Positions 28,252 to 37,894 are shown, numbered from the stretch's first letter. The stretch is DNA of 64,000 nt from Candidatus Latescibacterota bacterium (GCA_965242865.1 CBDETK010000013.1:4320001-4384000), one strand, 5' to 3'. The notes: generated from the sequence alone by a model not told the origin. Program-made: numbers and translations.

Positions 28252-29193
28252 ATGAATCGGTATTTGGTCACGGGTGGGGCGGGGTTTATTGGTTCTCACC
28301 TCTGTCAGCGCTTGTGTGCAGAAGGGTACGCAGTGCGAGTTCTGGACGATTTGAGCACGGGCCGGCGCGAAAACTTGGCCGCTATCCGCGACGAGATAGA
28401 GTTCGTCGAGGGCGACATCCGCGACGCGGCCTTGCTGGCCGAGGTGGTGCAGCAGGTCGATTGCGTCCTGCACCAAGCCGCCATCGGCTCAGTGCCCGCT
28501 TCGGTCGAGCAACCCCTCGTCGATCAGGCGGTCAACGCCGTGGGTACGCTGCAGCTGTTGGAAGCGGCGCGGCAAGCCGGGGTCGGCCGCGTGGTTTTTG
28601 CCAGTTCGGCCGCCGTGTATGGCAACAACCCGCAAATGCCCAAGCGCGAGGACATGCCGCCCGAGCCCGAGGCCCCCTACGCGATCTCCAAGGCCATGGG
28701 CGAACACTACGCCCGCGTGTACAGCCAGACGTACGGTCTGGAGGTGGTTGGCCTGCGCTACTTCAATGTCTTTGGTCCGCGGCAGGTGCCGTCTTCGCCG
28801 TACTCGGGCGTCATCTCGATTTTTGTCGAGCGGATGCGCGCCGGCGAGGCGCCCACCATTTTTGGCGACGGCCACCAAGTGCGCGATTACGTCTATGTCG
28901 GCGATGTGGTAGAGGCCAATATGAGGGCCAGTACTACTCCGGGCGTTGCCGGGCGGATGTACAATATCGGCGGCGGCCGCAGCGCGTCGCTGCTCGAATT
29001 GATCGCCGCGCTCAACCAAATTTTGGCGACCGAGTTGACGCCGGTGTTCGCCGCGCCGCGCGTGGGGGATATCCGCTTCTCGTCAGCCGATATATCGCGC
29101 GCCCGGGCCGAGTTGGGGTACGAGCCGCGGGTTGGGCTGGTCGAGGGGTTGGAGCGGACCATTGCGGCGCACGGCAATAAGAGGGATCGCTAG
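28252..29193 (+). CDS. NAD-dependent epimerase/dehydratase (extended SDR)
   Basis: VTGGAGFIGSH, ASSAAVYG, YAISK, LRYFNVFGPRQ, RDYVYV; GAGG RBS before ATG 28252. Confidence 0.92.
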   Translation: MNRYLVTGGAGFIGSHLCQRLCAEGYAVRVLDDLSTGRRENLAAIRDEIEFVEGDIRDAALLAEVVQQVDCVLHQAAIGSVPASVEQPLVDQAVNAVGTLQLLEAARQAGVGRVVFASSAAVYGNNPQMPKREDMPPEPEAPYAISKAMGEHYARVYSQTYGLEVVGLRYFNVFGPRQVPSSPYSGVISIFVERMRAGEAPTIFGDGHQVRDYVYVGDVVEANMRASTTPGVAGRMYNIGGGRSASLLELIAALNQILATELTPVFAAPRVGDIRFSSADISRARAELGYEPRVGLVEGLERTIAAHGNKRDR

Positions 29194-29194
29194 C

Positions 29195-30370
29195 GTGCCA
29201 ACCATCGTCGATGGCAAAAAGCGCATCCCCTTTATGCGGGGGATGCTGGTACACTACCTCATTGAGCGCGGCTTCGGCTACGAAGACGCCCGCGCTGTGG
29301 CCAATGCGGTGCGGGTGTCGTTGGGGAAAGCAGAGCTCGTGCGCAAAAAGGACATGGTGCAACTCGTCGGTAAGGCCATTCGCAAGGGGTTCGGCCCGTA
29401 CGAGGCCGGCGACCTAATTTTCTGGGAGCGCCAGCCCACCACCATCATCGTCGAGGGCAAGAGTGGGTCGCGGCCTTTTTCCAAGGAGTTGCTGTCAAAT
29501 TCCATTCAGGCGTCTGGGCTGTCGCCAGATCAGAGCTACGAGATTGCACAGACGATTGAAGCCCGCTTGATAGACCAGCGCCGCCAGCACATCGCGCACT
29601 CGGAGTTGGAGGAGCTGGCGGCCGAACTGATCGAAACGTCCTTTGACAAGTCCTTTGCCGAGCGCTACCGCTTGTGGCATGCTTGGGGCGACGTCGATAA
29701 ACCCCTGATCATCCTCATCGGGGGTGCCAGTGGGGTGGGCAAGACCACGTTGGCGATTTCACTGGCCAACTTGCTCAATATTCCTCGGGTGGTAGCGACC
29801 GACGATTTGCGCCAAGTCATGCGCTTGACGCTGGCGCAGGAGCTGATGCCGGCCCTGCATACCTCCTCGTACACCGCGTGGAAGGTTGCTCCGGCGGTCG
29901 GTCATCTCGACGCGGTCATTGCCGGGTTTCTAGAGCAGGCGCGCAGCGTCTGCATTGGGGTCAAGGCCATCATCAGCCGCTGCATTGAGGAAAACACCAG
30001 CGTCATCATCGACGGCGTACACCTAATCAGCGACCTGCTGGGCTTAGAGGGATACGCTGGCGATGCCTTTATCACGCCAGTCTGTTTGGAGCTTCCCGGG
30101 CGCGCGGCCCTTGAGAATCGCTTTGCCCAGCGCGCCAGCGAGGCGCCGTCGCGCGCGGCCCATCGCTACATGGAGCACTTGGAGGATATTCTCAAAATTC
30201 AGGACTATCTCGTCGAAACGAGTGCCGCCCACGGCATTCCCGTGATTACCACGACCTCGGTAGAGAGCCTGACCAGCGAGGCCGCCATCGCGGTGAGCGA
30301 GCAGCTGCAGGAGCAGGAGGAAATCCGCAAAGCCCTGAGTGTGCTCCGCAAAAAGCGCGCGGCCCGGTGA
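29195..30370 (+). CDS. 2-phosphoglycerate kinase-like P-loop kinase with ATP-cone-like N-terminal domains
   Basis: PFMRGML and PFSKELL cone-like repeats; IILIGGASGVGKTT, TDDLRQVMR, LHTSSY, IIDGVHL, IQDYL; GTG 29195. Confidence 0.78.
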   Translation: MPTIVDGKKRIPFMRGMLVHYLIERGFGYEDARAVANAVRVSLGKAELVRKKDMVQLVGKAIRKGFGPYEAGDLIFWERQPTTIIVEGKSGSRPFSKELLSNSIQASGLSPDQSYEIAQTIEARLIDQRRQHIAHSELEELAAELIETSFDKSFAERYRLWHAWGDVDKPLIILIGGASGVGKTTLAISLANLLNIPRVVATDDLRQVMRLTLAQELMPALHTSSYTAWKVAPAVGHLDAVIAGFLEQARSVCIGVKAIISRCIEENTSVIIDGVHLISDLLGLEGYAGDAFITPVCLELPGRAALENRFAQRASEAPSRAAHRYMEHLEDILKIQDYLVETSAAHGIPVITTTSVESLTSEAAIAVSEQLQEQEEIRKALSVLRKKRAAR

Positions 30371-30446
30371 CGCCCGCTCGTTGGTTCGCCCCGTGCTCGA
30401 TTGTATTGTATATTCCAAAAGCGGTTAAACGCGCAACCAAGTTAGG

Positions 30447-30896
30447 ATGGCAATGCTAAACAAAAAGAAGAAAGGGGCTGCCGCTGCCAGCAACGGCCAA
30501 GCACTCAATACGATTATCGGCCGAGGTAGCTGCTTTGAAGGCAAGTTGACGGTGGAAAACAGCGTCCGAATAGACGGCGTATTCAAGGGCGAGCTGATCT
30601 GCACCGGGGAGCTGACGATCAGCCAGTCGGGCGAGGTGGATGCTGCTGTGCAGTGCAAAAACGCGTACATCGATGGCGTCGTAAATGGGTCCGTGCGCGC
30701 CGATAAGGTGCGGTTGGATACGCAGACGCGCTTTACCGGCGACGTGCATACGGACTCGTTTACGGTTTCCGAGGGTGCGATCTTCCACGGCTCTTGTTCG
30801 ATGGAACGCAAGAAGAAGAGCGAGCCGCCGCCGGGTGCCGACGCTGCGGCCAAGCCCTCAGTGCCGAAGACTGGCCCCCAAGTCCAAAAGAAATAG
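30447..30896 (+). CDS. Bactofilin (polymer-forming cytoskeletal protein)
   Basis: TIIGRG..FEGKL..VRIDG.FKG, IDG.V.G.V.A, GAIFHG.C.M. Confidence 0.9.
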   Translation: MAMLNKKKKGAAAASNGQALNTIIGRGSCFEGKLTVENSVRIDGVFKGELICTGELTISQSGEVDAAVQCKNAYIDGVVNGSVRADKVRLDTQTRFTGDVHTDSFTVSEGAIFHGSCSMERKKKSEPPPGADAAAKPSVPKTGPQVQKK

Positions 30897-30921
30897 CGTT
30901 TTCCCCCCTCGTTTTCGCGTG

Positions 30922-30962
30922 AAAAATCCATCGGCACCGCGCACGGTCGATGGATTTTTTTT
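30922..30962 (+). terminator. Rho-independent terminator after bactofilin
   Basis: AAAAATCCATCG...CGATGGATTTTT stem ending in a T-run. Confidence 0.7.
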
Positions 30963-30969
30963 ATTGTCC

Positions 30970-32721
30970 ATGAGCCAACGAGACCATCCCGCGTCCAAGC
31001 GCCGCCGCCACCGCCGCTCGGCCCCCATAGAGGAGATCGCGGTCCCCCCGAGTACTCGGCAACCACCGGCAAAAGGCGCGGGGTCGATGCGAGGCTGGTG
31101 GCGCGCGTCGCCGGTGTTCCGCGCGTACATCTTTCTCGGCAGCATTGCCGCCATTTTGGCCTTCCTACTGTACAACGAGCTGATCATCGCCGAATTGCGC
31201 GAACACGAAAAGAGCCGGGTCGATCTCTACGTGCACCTGATCTCGTTCACCCCTCAGGCATCGGAAGGCCAGATTCCCACCCTCTTCACCGAGGTGATCA
31301 CCAAGGTGGATTTTCCGCGCATCATCACCAATCACCGCGGCGAGATCATTCAGGCCGAGGGCATTGATACGTCGAGTTTCTGGGACCACTGGGCATTTTG
31401 GCGCAGGGAAGCGGCAGACGCGGACGCCGCTTCAACCGCTCAGTTGTACGAGCTAATCGAGGAAATGGACCGCCAGAACCCGCCGATTCCCTTTTATTGG
31501 TCGCCCGAGACCTTGGGGCGGCTCTACCGCGAGGAAGGCCGCGTCATCGTCGCGGATACGCAGGGGGCCGTTGCGGTGTGGCAGGGAACGGGCCTGCCCG
31601 CGAGCCGCGACTCTTCGGCGGCCGCTCGCGCCGAGGTGCAACGAGCGTTGCCGGCGCTGGAGGCCGGAGAACCGCTGGCCTTCAGCATACCGGCCGCTGG
31701 CTTGAGTTACCTGCATTGGGACGGGACCAACGCGGTCATCACAGACGCCGAGGGCCAATTTAGGGCTTGGGTCGGGGCTGGGTTGCCGCTTCTGAGCGAC
31801 GCCCCTAGCCAAGCGTCCCAAGAGCAGCTCCGGGCCTTTGTCGATAGCTTGGCCAGCCAACGCGCGCCGCTGGCGTTCAGGATCCCGACCGAGCACTACA
31901 TCCACTACGGCGATACGAGCTTAGTCGGCCGCATTTCTCTGGCCCCTTTCGTGCAGAGCGGCGTGTTGTTTCTCTTTCTGCTCGTCGGCTACATTGGCTA
32001 CCGCAACATTAAGCGCAGCCAACAGCGCTCGCTCTGGGTGGGCATGGCCAAGGAGACGGCCCACCAGCTCGGGACCCCGCTCTCCTCGCTGTCCGGGTGG
32101 CTGGAGCTGCTGCGCGGCGAGGTCGCCACTGTCCCGAGGCCGGACCGCGACGAGCGTTGGGAGCGCGTTGCTCAGATGATCGGGGAGATCGAGCAGGACA
32201 TGCGCCGCCTCGATCAAATTGCCTCGCGCTTCAGCCAGATTGGCTCGGTGCCCGAACTCGCGGAAAAGGATGTAGCCGCCGTGCTGGAGGAGACGGTTGA
32301 GTACTTCCGGCGGCGCGTCCCCCAGTTCGGGCGGCAGGAAATTGAGCTAGAATGCCGAAGCGACCTGCCGCTGGTGCCGATCAACGCCGAATTGATGAGC
32401 TGGGCGTTTGAGAATCTGTGCAAAAACGCCATGGACGCCATGGAGGGCCAGACGGGCCGCTTGTGCATCCACCTAGCGCTTTTGCCCGAAGGCGTGCAGG
32501 TCGCGTTTCAGGACGACGGGCGCGGCATTGAACCCGAGCACATCGAGCGCATCTTTGAGCCGGGGTTTAGCACCAAGAAGCGCGGCTGGGGGCTGGGGCT
32601 GGTGTTTGTCAAGCGCATCGTCGAAGAATACCACAAGGGCAAGTTCCGCTTGGTGCAGAGCGCACCGGGCCAAGGCACGACGTTTGAGGTGGTTTTGCCC
32701 TTGGGGGAGCAGCGTTCTTAA
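30970..32721 (+). CDS. Membrane sensor histidine kinase
   Basis: Two TM segments; AKETAHQLGTPLSSL H-box, ENLCKNAMDA, DDGRGI, IFEPGFSTKKRGWGLGL; start uncertain (30970 or 31087). Confidence 0.88.
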   Translation: MSQRDHPASKRRRHRRSAPIEEIAVPPSTRQPPAKGAGSMRGWWRASPVFRAYIFLGSIAAILAFLLYNELIIAELREHEKSRVDLYVHLISFTPQASEGQIPTLFTEVITKVDFPRIITNHRGEIIQAEGIDTSSFWDHWAFWRREAADADAASTAQLYELIEEMDRQNPPIPFYWSPETLGRLYREEGRVIVADTQGAVAVWQGTGLPASRDSSAAARAEVQRALPALEAGEPLAFSIPAAGLSYLHWDGTNAVITDAEGQFRAWVGAGLPLLSDAPSQASQEQLRAFVDSLASQRAPLAFRIPTEHYIHYGDTSLVGRISLAPFVQSGVLFLFLLVGYIGYRNIKRSQQRSLWVGMAKETAHQLGTPLSSLSGWLELLRGEVATVPRPDRDERWERVAQMIGEIEQDMRRLDQIASRFSQIGSVPELAEKDVAAVLEETVEYFRRRVPQFGRQEIELECRSDLPLVPINAELMSWAFENLCKNAMDAMEGQTGRLCIHLALLPEGVQVAFQDDGRGIEPEHIERIFEPGFSTKKRGWGLGLVFVKRIVEEYHKGKFRLVQSAPGQGTTFEVVLPLGEQRS

Positions 32722-32778
32722 CCATCGCGTTGGGTGGGAGGGGGTGGAACGGGTGCGCGGTTGTATCGTCTATCTAAG

Positions 32779-32922
32779 TACCCGACACGAGCGCACCGCC
32801 TTCTAAGGATCGAGGGCGGGACGCATTGGCAACAGCAGAAATAGATAAATCGCTGGCTGGGCGCGTGCTTTGTTTGCCGACAAGGCGATCCCGGACGCAT
32901 TGGCAACACCAAATTAGATAAA
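32779..32922 (+). repeat. Dispersed element copy B plus local duplicated 3' segment
   Basis: 32779-32841 equals copy A with two internal deletions; GGACGCATTGGCAACA...TAGATAAA occurs at 32819 and 32893. Confidence 0.7.
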
Positions 32923-32931
32923 GGGGGGCGC

Positions 32932-34500
32932 ATGGAAGGCGACAAGCGAAAGATACTCTGGGCCGACGACGAGATTGACCTGTTGCGCGCACACCGCCGC
33001 TTTCTCGACGAAAGGGGGTACGCGGTGACGCCGGTGAGCAACGGCCAAGACGCCATTGCCCTGATTGCCCAAGCACCCTTTGACATCGTGCTGCTCGACG
33101 AGATGATGCCGGGGTTGGACGGACTTTCGACCTTGGAGCAGATCAAGCGGGCCGATCCCAACGTGCCGGTGATTATGATCACGAAGAACGAAGAAGAGCA
33201 CCTGATGGACGAGGCCATTGGTCGCCGCATCGACAACTACCTGACCAAGCCGGTCAACCCCAGCCAGATCTTCATGGCGTGCAAACAGCTCCTCGATGTG
33301 CGGCAGATTCGCCAGAGCCAAGCCGGGCAGCACTATGTCTTGCGGGCCGGCCAGATCCGCGACCAGCTTGCCGGGGCGACTTGGCAGACTTGGATCGACA
33401 TATACCGGCAGCTCTGCGAGTGGGACATTGAGGTGGCGCGCTTGGGCGATGGGGGGCTCGGGCAGATGATTGGGGATCAGCGCCGCGAATGCAACCGCCA
33501 GTTCGGGCGCTTTGTCGAGCAGCACTACGCCCGCTGGGTAGCGGACGAGGAGGACTCGCCGCCGCTGTCGGTGGATGTGGTGCCCGAGTTCGTGGTGCCC
33601 TATCTCGAACAGGGCCGGCAGGTATTCTTCATTGTGGTTGATTGCCTGCGCTTAGACCACTGGCTGGTGATGGAGCCGCAGTTGGCCGAGTATTTCAACA
33701 TCAAGCGCTCCTATCACTACTCGATTTTGCCAACGGCCACGCCCTTTGCGCGCAACGCCATTTTCAGCGGGCTGTTCCCCAAAGAGATCGCCGACAAATA
33801 CCGCACGCGGTGGCACGAGGCCCAAGACAACGAATACAGCCTCAACCGGCACGAGCACCAGTTCATTGACGACCTGATCCGCGACATGGGCGTCGCGCTC
33901 AACCCGGGTTCGCACTACGTCAAGGTGCTCGACACCAGCGAGGCCCGGAAATTGACCCGCAAGGTCGCATCGCTGGGCAAGTGGCCGCTCGTGTCGGTGG
34001 TGTACAATTTTCTCGACATGCTGGTTCACAGCCAAGCGCAGTCCGACCTGCTGCGGGAAATGGCTCCCAACGAGGCGGCCTTTCGCGCATTGGTGCAGAC
34101 GTGGTTTGGCAATGCGTCGCTGTTTGAGACCCTCAAGGGCATTGCTCACACGGACGCGGTGGTGGTGCTGACGACCGACCACGGCTCCATGCGCGGTACG
34201 CGCGCTTCCGTGGTACATGGCGACCGCAGCACGTCTCCGAGCCTGCGCTACAAGTACGGCCAGAATCTGCGCTGCGAGGAAAAGGACGCGCTGCTGATCG
34301 CCGACCCGGAGGCCTACGGGCTGCCTGCGACCGGCCTGGGGCACAGCTTCGTCATTGCCCGCGAGGACTTCTACTTTGTCTATCCGACCCAGTTCAACAA
34401 GTACCAGCGCCGCTACAAGGGCAGCTTCCAGCACGGCGGCATATCGCTGGAGGAAATGATTTTGCCCGTGGCGATCATGGAGCCCAAGGGGGGAAAGTGA
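32932..34500 (+). CDS. porX: PorX-like response regulator with PglZ/alkaline-phosphatase domain
   Basis: KILWADDEIDLL, LLDEMMPG.DG, MITKNEEE, KPVNPSQI; VDCLRLD, ILPTAT, TTDHG, FQHGGISLEEM; followed by tsaE. Confidence 0.88.
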   Translation: MEGDKRKILWADDEIDLLRAHRRFLDERGYAVTPVSNGQDAIALIAQAPFDIVLLDEMMPGLDGLSTLEQIKRADPNVPVIMITKNEEEHLMDEAIGRRIDNYLTKPVNPSQIFMACKQLLDVRQIRQSQAGQHYVLRAGQIRDQLAGATWQTWIDIYRQLCEWDIEVARLGDGGLGQMIGDQRRECNRQFGRFVEQHYARWVADEEDSPPLSVDVVPEFVVPYLEQGRQVFFIVVDCLRLDHWLVMEPQLAEYFNIKRSYHYSILPTATPFARNAIFSGLFPKEIADKYRTRWHEAQDNEYSLNRHEHQFIDDLIRDMGVALNPGSHYVKVLDTSEARKLTRKVASLGKWPLVSVVYNFLDMLVHSQAQSDLLREMAPNEAAFRALVQTWFGNASLFETLKGIAHTDAVVVLTTDHGSMRGTRASVVHGDRSTSPSLRYKYGQNLRCEEKDALLIADPEAYGLPATGLGHSFVIAREDFYFVYPTQFNKYQRRYKGSFQHGGISLEEMILPVAIMEPKGGK

Positions 34501-34955
34501 AAAAGGTTTTCACCACGCGTTCGGCCGCTCAGACCCACGCGCTGGGGGCTGCGCTGGGGCGGTGCTTGGGACCGGGCGACGTGGTCGCCTTTCGCGGCGA
34601 CTTGGGCAGCGGTAAGACCTGCATGATCCAAGGCGTGTGCGAGGCGCTGCAAGTGGCCGATTACGTCACGAGTCCAACCTTCATCCTGATCAACGAATAC
34701 GCCGGCCAATGCAGGGGGCGCGAGCTGCCCGTCTATCACTTTGATCTCTATCGGCTGGGGGGCGTTGACCAGCTTGAGGAATTGGGGGCAGCAGAGTACT
34801 TTTACGGCCGCGGCGTCTGTCTGGTTGAGTGGGCCGAGCGCGCCGATGGTGCGTTGCCCGATAGATGCTGCCACGTGTGGCTAGCGTACGGCGGGGAGGC
34901 TTGCGAGCGGCGGATTACCTTGCAAGGAGCTGGGGTGGGCGAAATAGCGTTCTGA
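34497..34955 (+). CDS. tsaE: t6A biosynthesis ATPase
   Basis: GDLGSGKT, VTSPTF.LINEY, YHFDLYRL, LVEWAER. Confidence 0.93.
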   Translation: MKKVFTTRSAAQTHALGAALGRCLGPGDVVAFRGDLGSGKTCMIQGVCEALQVADYVTSPTFILINEYAGQCRGRELPVYHFDLYRLGGVDQLEELGAAEYFYGRGVCLVEWAERADGALPDRCCHVWLAYGGEACERRITLQGAGVGEIAF

Positions 34956-34974
34956 GAATTAAAGGGAGGGGACT

Positions 34975-35703
34975 TTGCAGCGGCTAATAGTGAGCCTTTG
35001 CATGGCCGCGGGGCCGGCCGCGGCCGACTGGGTCGAGTTGACCCGCTTGATCGATAGCCCAACGGCTGGGTTGGTTGCCAAGGGGCAGTACGCGGTGAAG
35101 GCGCGCCTGTTTGCCAACGGGGGAGCTGTCGGGCGCTTGCAGGTGGGGGTGCTCAAGCGTCTGAGCGTGGGCGCGTCTTTTGGCGGCGAGCAACTTATTG
35201 GCACGGGCGTGGTCGATTGGTATCCGCGGGTGGGATTGGCGGCCCGCTGTCGGCTCCTCGAAGAGGGCTACACCTGGCCCGCGCTGGTCTTGGGCTTTGA
35301 TTCCCAAGGCGTCGGGCCGTATCGCGGCGCGCGCTACCAAGTCAAATCCAAGGGAATCTACTTGGCACTGAGCAAGAATTACACCTCAATCCTCGGCGAA
35401 CTCGGCGTCCACGCGGGCGTCAATCGGTCGCGCGAAGATGCCGGCGGCGGCGATTGGTCCGCGTGGTTGGGTCTCGACAAGAGCTTGAGATTTATGGCGC
35501 TGTTCGCCGAGTACGACTGGGGCCGCAACAACGGCCTACCGAACCAAGGCGTGGAGGACGGCTATTTGAACGTCGGCGGGGCTTGGACCGTAACGCCGCA
35601 GCTGCGAGTCGCGTACTATTTCAAAAACGCGCTGGAAAGCGATCACTTCGACGCCCAGTCCATTCGGGAGCTGTCGGTCACGTACAGGGGGAAATTGCGA
35701 TGA
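34975..35703 (+). CDS. Exported beta-strand-rich protein (YjbH-like, possible outer membrane)
   Basis: GGAGG RBS, signal peptide, LIDSPTAG N-terminus, alternating strands. Confidence 0.55.
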   Translation: MQRLIVSLCMAAGPAAADWVELTRLIDSPTAGLVAKGQYAVKARLFANGGAVGRLQVGVLKRLSVGASFGGEQLIGTGVVDWYPRVGLAARCRLLEEGYTWPALVLGFDSQGVGPYRGARYQVKSKGIYLALSKNYTSILGELGVHAGVNRSREDAGGGDWSAWLGLDKSLRFMALFAEYDWGRNNGLPNQGVEDGYLNVGGAWTVTPQLRVAYYFKNALESDHFDAQSIRELSVTYRGKLR

Positions 35704-37046
35704 AGATACTGGCTATTGCTTTGCTATGCGTTTGGGTCGGCGGCGCGGTGGCCCAAGAGGAGCGGGCCATCGACAATTTTGCCGGGGTCGGGGTGCGGGC
35801 TATGGGCATGGGCGGTGCTTTTGTGGGGGTGGCCGACGACTTCACGGCTATGTACTGGAACCCGGCGGGCTTGGCCCAGATGCAGCGGCGCGAGGTGCAA
35901 GTGTCTTTCCTGCGCAACAGCCGCGCCAACGATTCGGTTTTCAACGGCACTGCGGGGAGCAGCGAGCTGACCAATACGCGCTTTGGCTCGCTGGGCTTTG
36001 TCTATCCCTATCCGGTCTATCGCGGCAGCTTGGTTTTGGCGGCTGGCTTTACCCGCATCAAGGACTTTGACTGGAGTCTCAGTCGCAAAGGCGACGACAA
36101 CGGGCTTACGGCGGACCACGCCTTCCAGCACGAGGGCGAGTTGGCTTTGGCCGGGGTGTCGGCTGCCCTCGACGTGTCGCCGGCTGTTTCGTTGGGAATG
36201 ACCTTGGGGTTGGTCAGCGGCGAAGACGAGGCGGTCAATGAATTTGACTGGGCCGATTCGCAGGACAAGTTCCTCGAGTCGCGCTTTCTCTCCCGCGATA
36301 CCTTTGCGGATGAATACCAGCGGACTCCATATCTCATCTTGGGCGCGATGCTGCGCACTCCGCGGGACGCGCCCCGCTATAGGCTAGGCGCGACGTTTGC
36401 CGCCGGGAGGGCGCACAAAATCCGCTACAAGTTTACTGGCCCGGTGTCCTCTGGTGAAAGAAATCCCTGCAATCCAGACGAGTTACTCGAAGAGGACTAT
36501 GACTCCATTGCGTGCGACGACGGGACCATAGGGAATTTCTCGGACGAAAATCTGAGCAACACGTACCAACTCACGCTGCCTTTTGAGTTCGGCGTGGGCG
36601 TTTCGGCCGAGGCCCTGCCGGGCCTGACGCTGGCTGGCAGCCTGCATTTGGCCGAGTGGTCGCAGAGCGAGTACCAGGGCACCGATGAATACGACTTGCG
36701 CGCTGCTACCTCGTTTGAGACCCAGTACCGAGATGTCTTGCGCTATCACTTAGGCGTTGAGTACCAAATGCCGGTCGTCGCGCTCGATCTGAGGGCTGGC
36801 TACTTCGTGGACCCGGTTCCCTTTGTCGGCCCACGCGACCCCAATTCCGACGATCCGCCCATCCGCATTGAGGAAGACCGCCGGTTTATCACCCTCGGGG
36901 CCGGCATATTGATCGACGAGGCTGTCCAAGTCGATTTGGCTTGGGTGCGGGGTGCGTTTAAGCAAGTGGAAGAGTACTCGGGCAACGTCCTCAGCGAGGA
37001 CTACGCGATCAATCGCCTCGTCGTCGGCGTGGGCTACAATTTTTAG
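35700..37046 (+). CDS. FadL/OmpP1/PorV-like outer membrane beta-barrel
   Basis: ATG 35700 (ATGA overlap); GVRAMGMGGAFVGVADD.TAMYWNPAGL; C-terminal GVGYNF. Confidence 0.85.
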   Translation: MKILAIALLCVWVGGAVAQEERAIDNFAGVGVRAMGMGGAFVGVADDFTAMYWNPAGLAQMQRREVQVSFLRNSRANDSVFNGTAGSSELTNTRFGSLGFVYPYPVYRGSLVLAAGFTRIKDFDWSLSRKGDDNGLTADHAFQHEGELALAGVSAALDVSPAVSLGMTLGLVSGEDEAVNEFDWADSQDKFLESRFLSRDTFADEYQRTPYLILGAMLRTPRDAPRYRLGATFAAGRAHKIRYKFTGPVSSGERNPCNPDELLEEDYDSIACDDGTIGNFSDENLSNTYQLTLPFEFGVGVSAEALPGLTLAGSLHLAEWSQSEYQGTDEYDLRAATSFETQYRDVLRYHLGVEYQMPVVALDLRAGYFVDPVPFVGPRDPNSDDPPIRIEEDRRFITLGAGILIDEAVQVDLAWVRGAFKQVEEYSGNVLSEDYAINRLVVGVGYNF

Positions 37047-37123
37047 GATTCTTTTTGCTCGAATGACTGGTTTGTGTATATTCAAACCGAAGTAGTTCAA
37101 CCCGCTCCTCAAGGAGATTTTCT

Positions 37124-37834
37124 ATGAAAATGAAGGCTTTGATTTTGTGCTCGGCCCTGCCGCTAACCGCGCTGATGGCCAGCGGCTGCTACACCGTGCT
37201 CAACAGCCCGTACGAGGCGGTCAGCCTGCACGACGAGGATCTGGATCGCGCCAAGAGCCGCGATGCTGAGGCCCCCACGATTGGCCAGTTCGACGACCGC
37301 GATTACATGGACGATCTCTACCGCTATCCCGGGGTGCGCGGCGGCTACGGTGGCTACGGCGGCTACGGCGGCTATGGTGGCTATAGTGGCTATGGCGGTT
37401 ATTACTATCCCACCGCTCGCTACAATCCCTACTACTACGGCAGCTACCCTTACTACTACGGCGGCTACGGCCCTTATAGTTATGGGTACGATCCGTACTA
37501 TCGGAGTGGGGGCGGGTACTACGTGCCGCCGGGTTACGAGCTGATCAACACGCGCCAGCTCGACGATTTGCGCGCAGCGAGCCGGCGAAGCACGACGCCG
37601 ACGCTTGTCGACCCGGCCGCCGCGGCCAAAGTACAGCGCCGCGAAGAGTCCGTGTGGCAGCGGCGAGTCGAGCCTCGGGTGCGCAACGCGCCGACGCCTA
37701 CGCCGCGTGCGACATCCTCTACGAGTGCGACGCAACGCTCGACTCCGACGGCGTCCCCTGCGCCGTCTGCACCGGCCTCCAAATCGTCCGCGACAAAGAA
37801 ATCATCGGCCAAGCCCAAGAAGCGACGGCGTTAG
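37124..37834 (+). CDS. Gly/Tyr-rich low-complexity lipoprotein with basic tail
   Basis: AAGGAG RBS; ASGCYT lipobox; GGY repeats; ends KPKKRRR. Confidence 0.75.
   Translation: MKMKALILCSALPLTALMASGCYTVLNSPYEAVSLHDEDLDRAKSRDAEAPTIGQFDDRDYMDDLYRYPGVRGGYGGYGGYGGYGGYSGYGGYYYPTARYNPYYYGSYPYYYGGYGPYSYGYDPYYRSGGGYYVPPGYELINTRQLDDLRAASRRSTTPTLVDPAAAAKVQRREESVWQRRVEPRVRNAPTPTPRATSSTSATQRSTPTASPAPSAPASKSSATKKSSAKPKKRRR
37340..37402 (+). repeat. 9-bp coding microsatellite, (GGY)x7
   Basis: GGCGGCTAC-like units encoding GGY x5, SGY, GGY. Confidence 0.85.
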
Positions 37835-37849
37835 TTTTTCGTCAGAGAC

Positions 37850-37894
37850 GCACAAAGAAGCGGAGGTCCTTTCGCGGCCTCCGCTTCTTTGTGC
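37850..37894. terminator. 17-bp stem-loop downstream of the lipoprotein gene
   Basis: GCACAAAGAAGCGGAGG...CCTCCGCTTCTTTGTGC. Confidence 0.7.

Noticed and set aside
32932-34500. BREX defence system because of the PglZ domain
   Set aside because: PglZ is fused to a receiver domain in PorX architecture next to tsaE; no brxC, pglX or brxL genes
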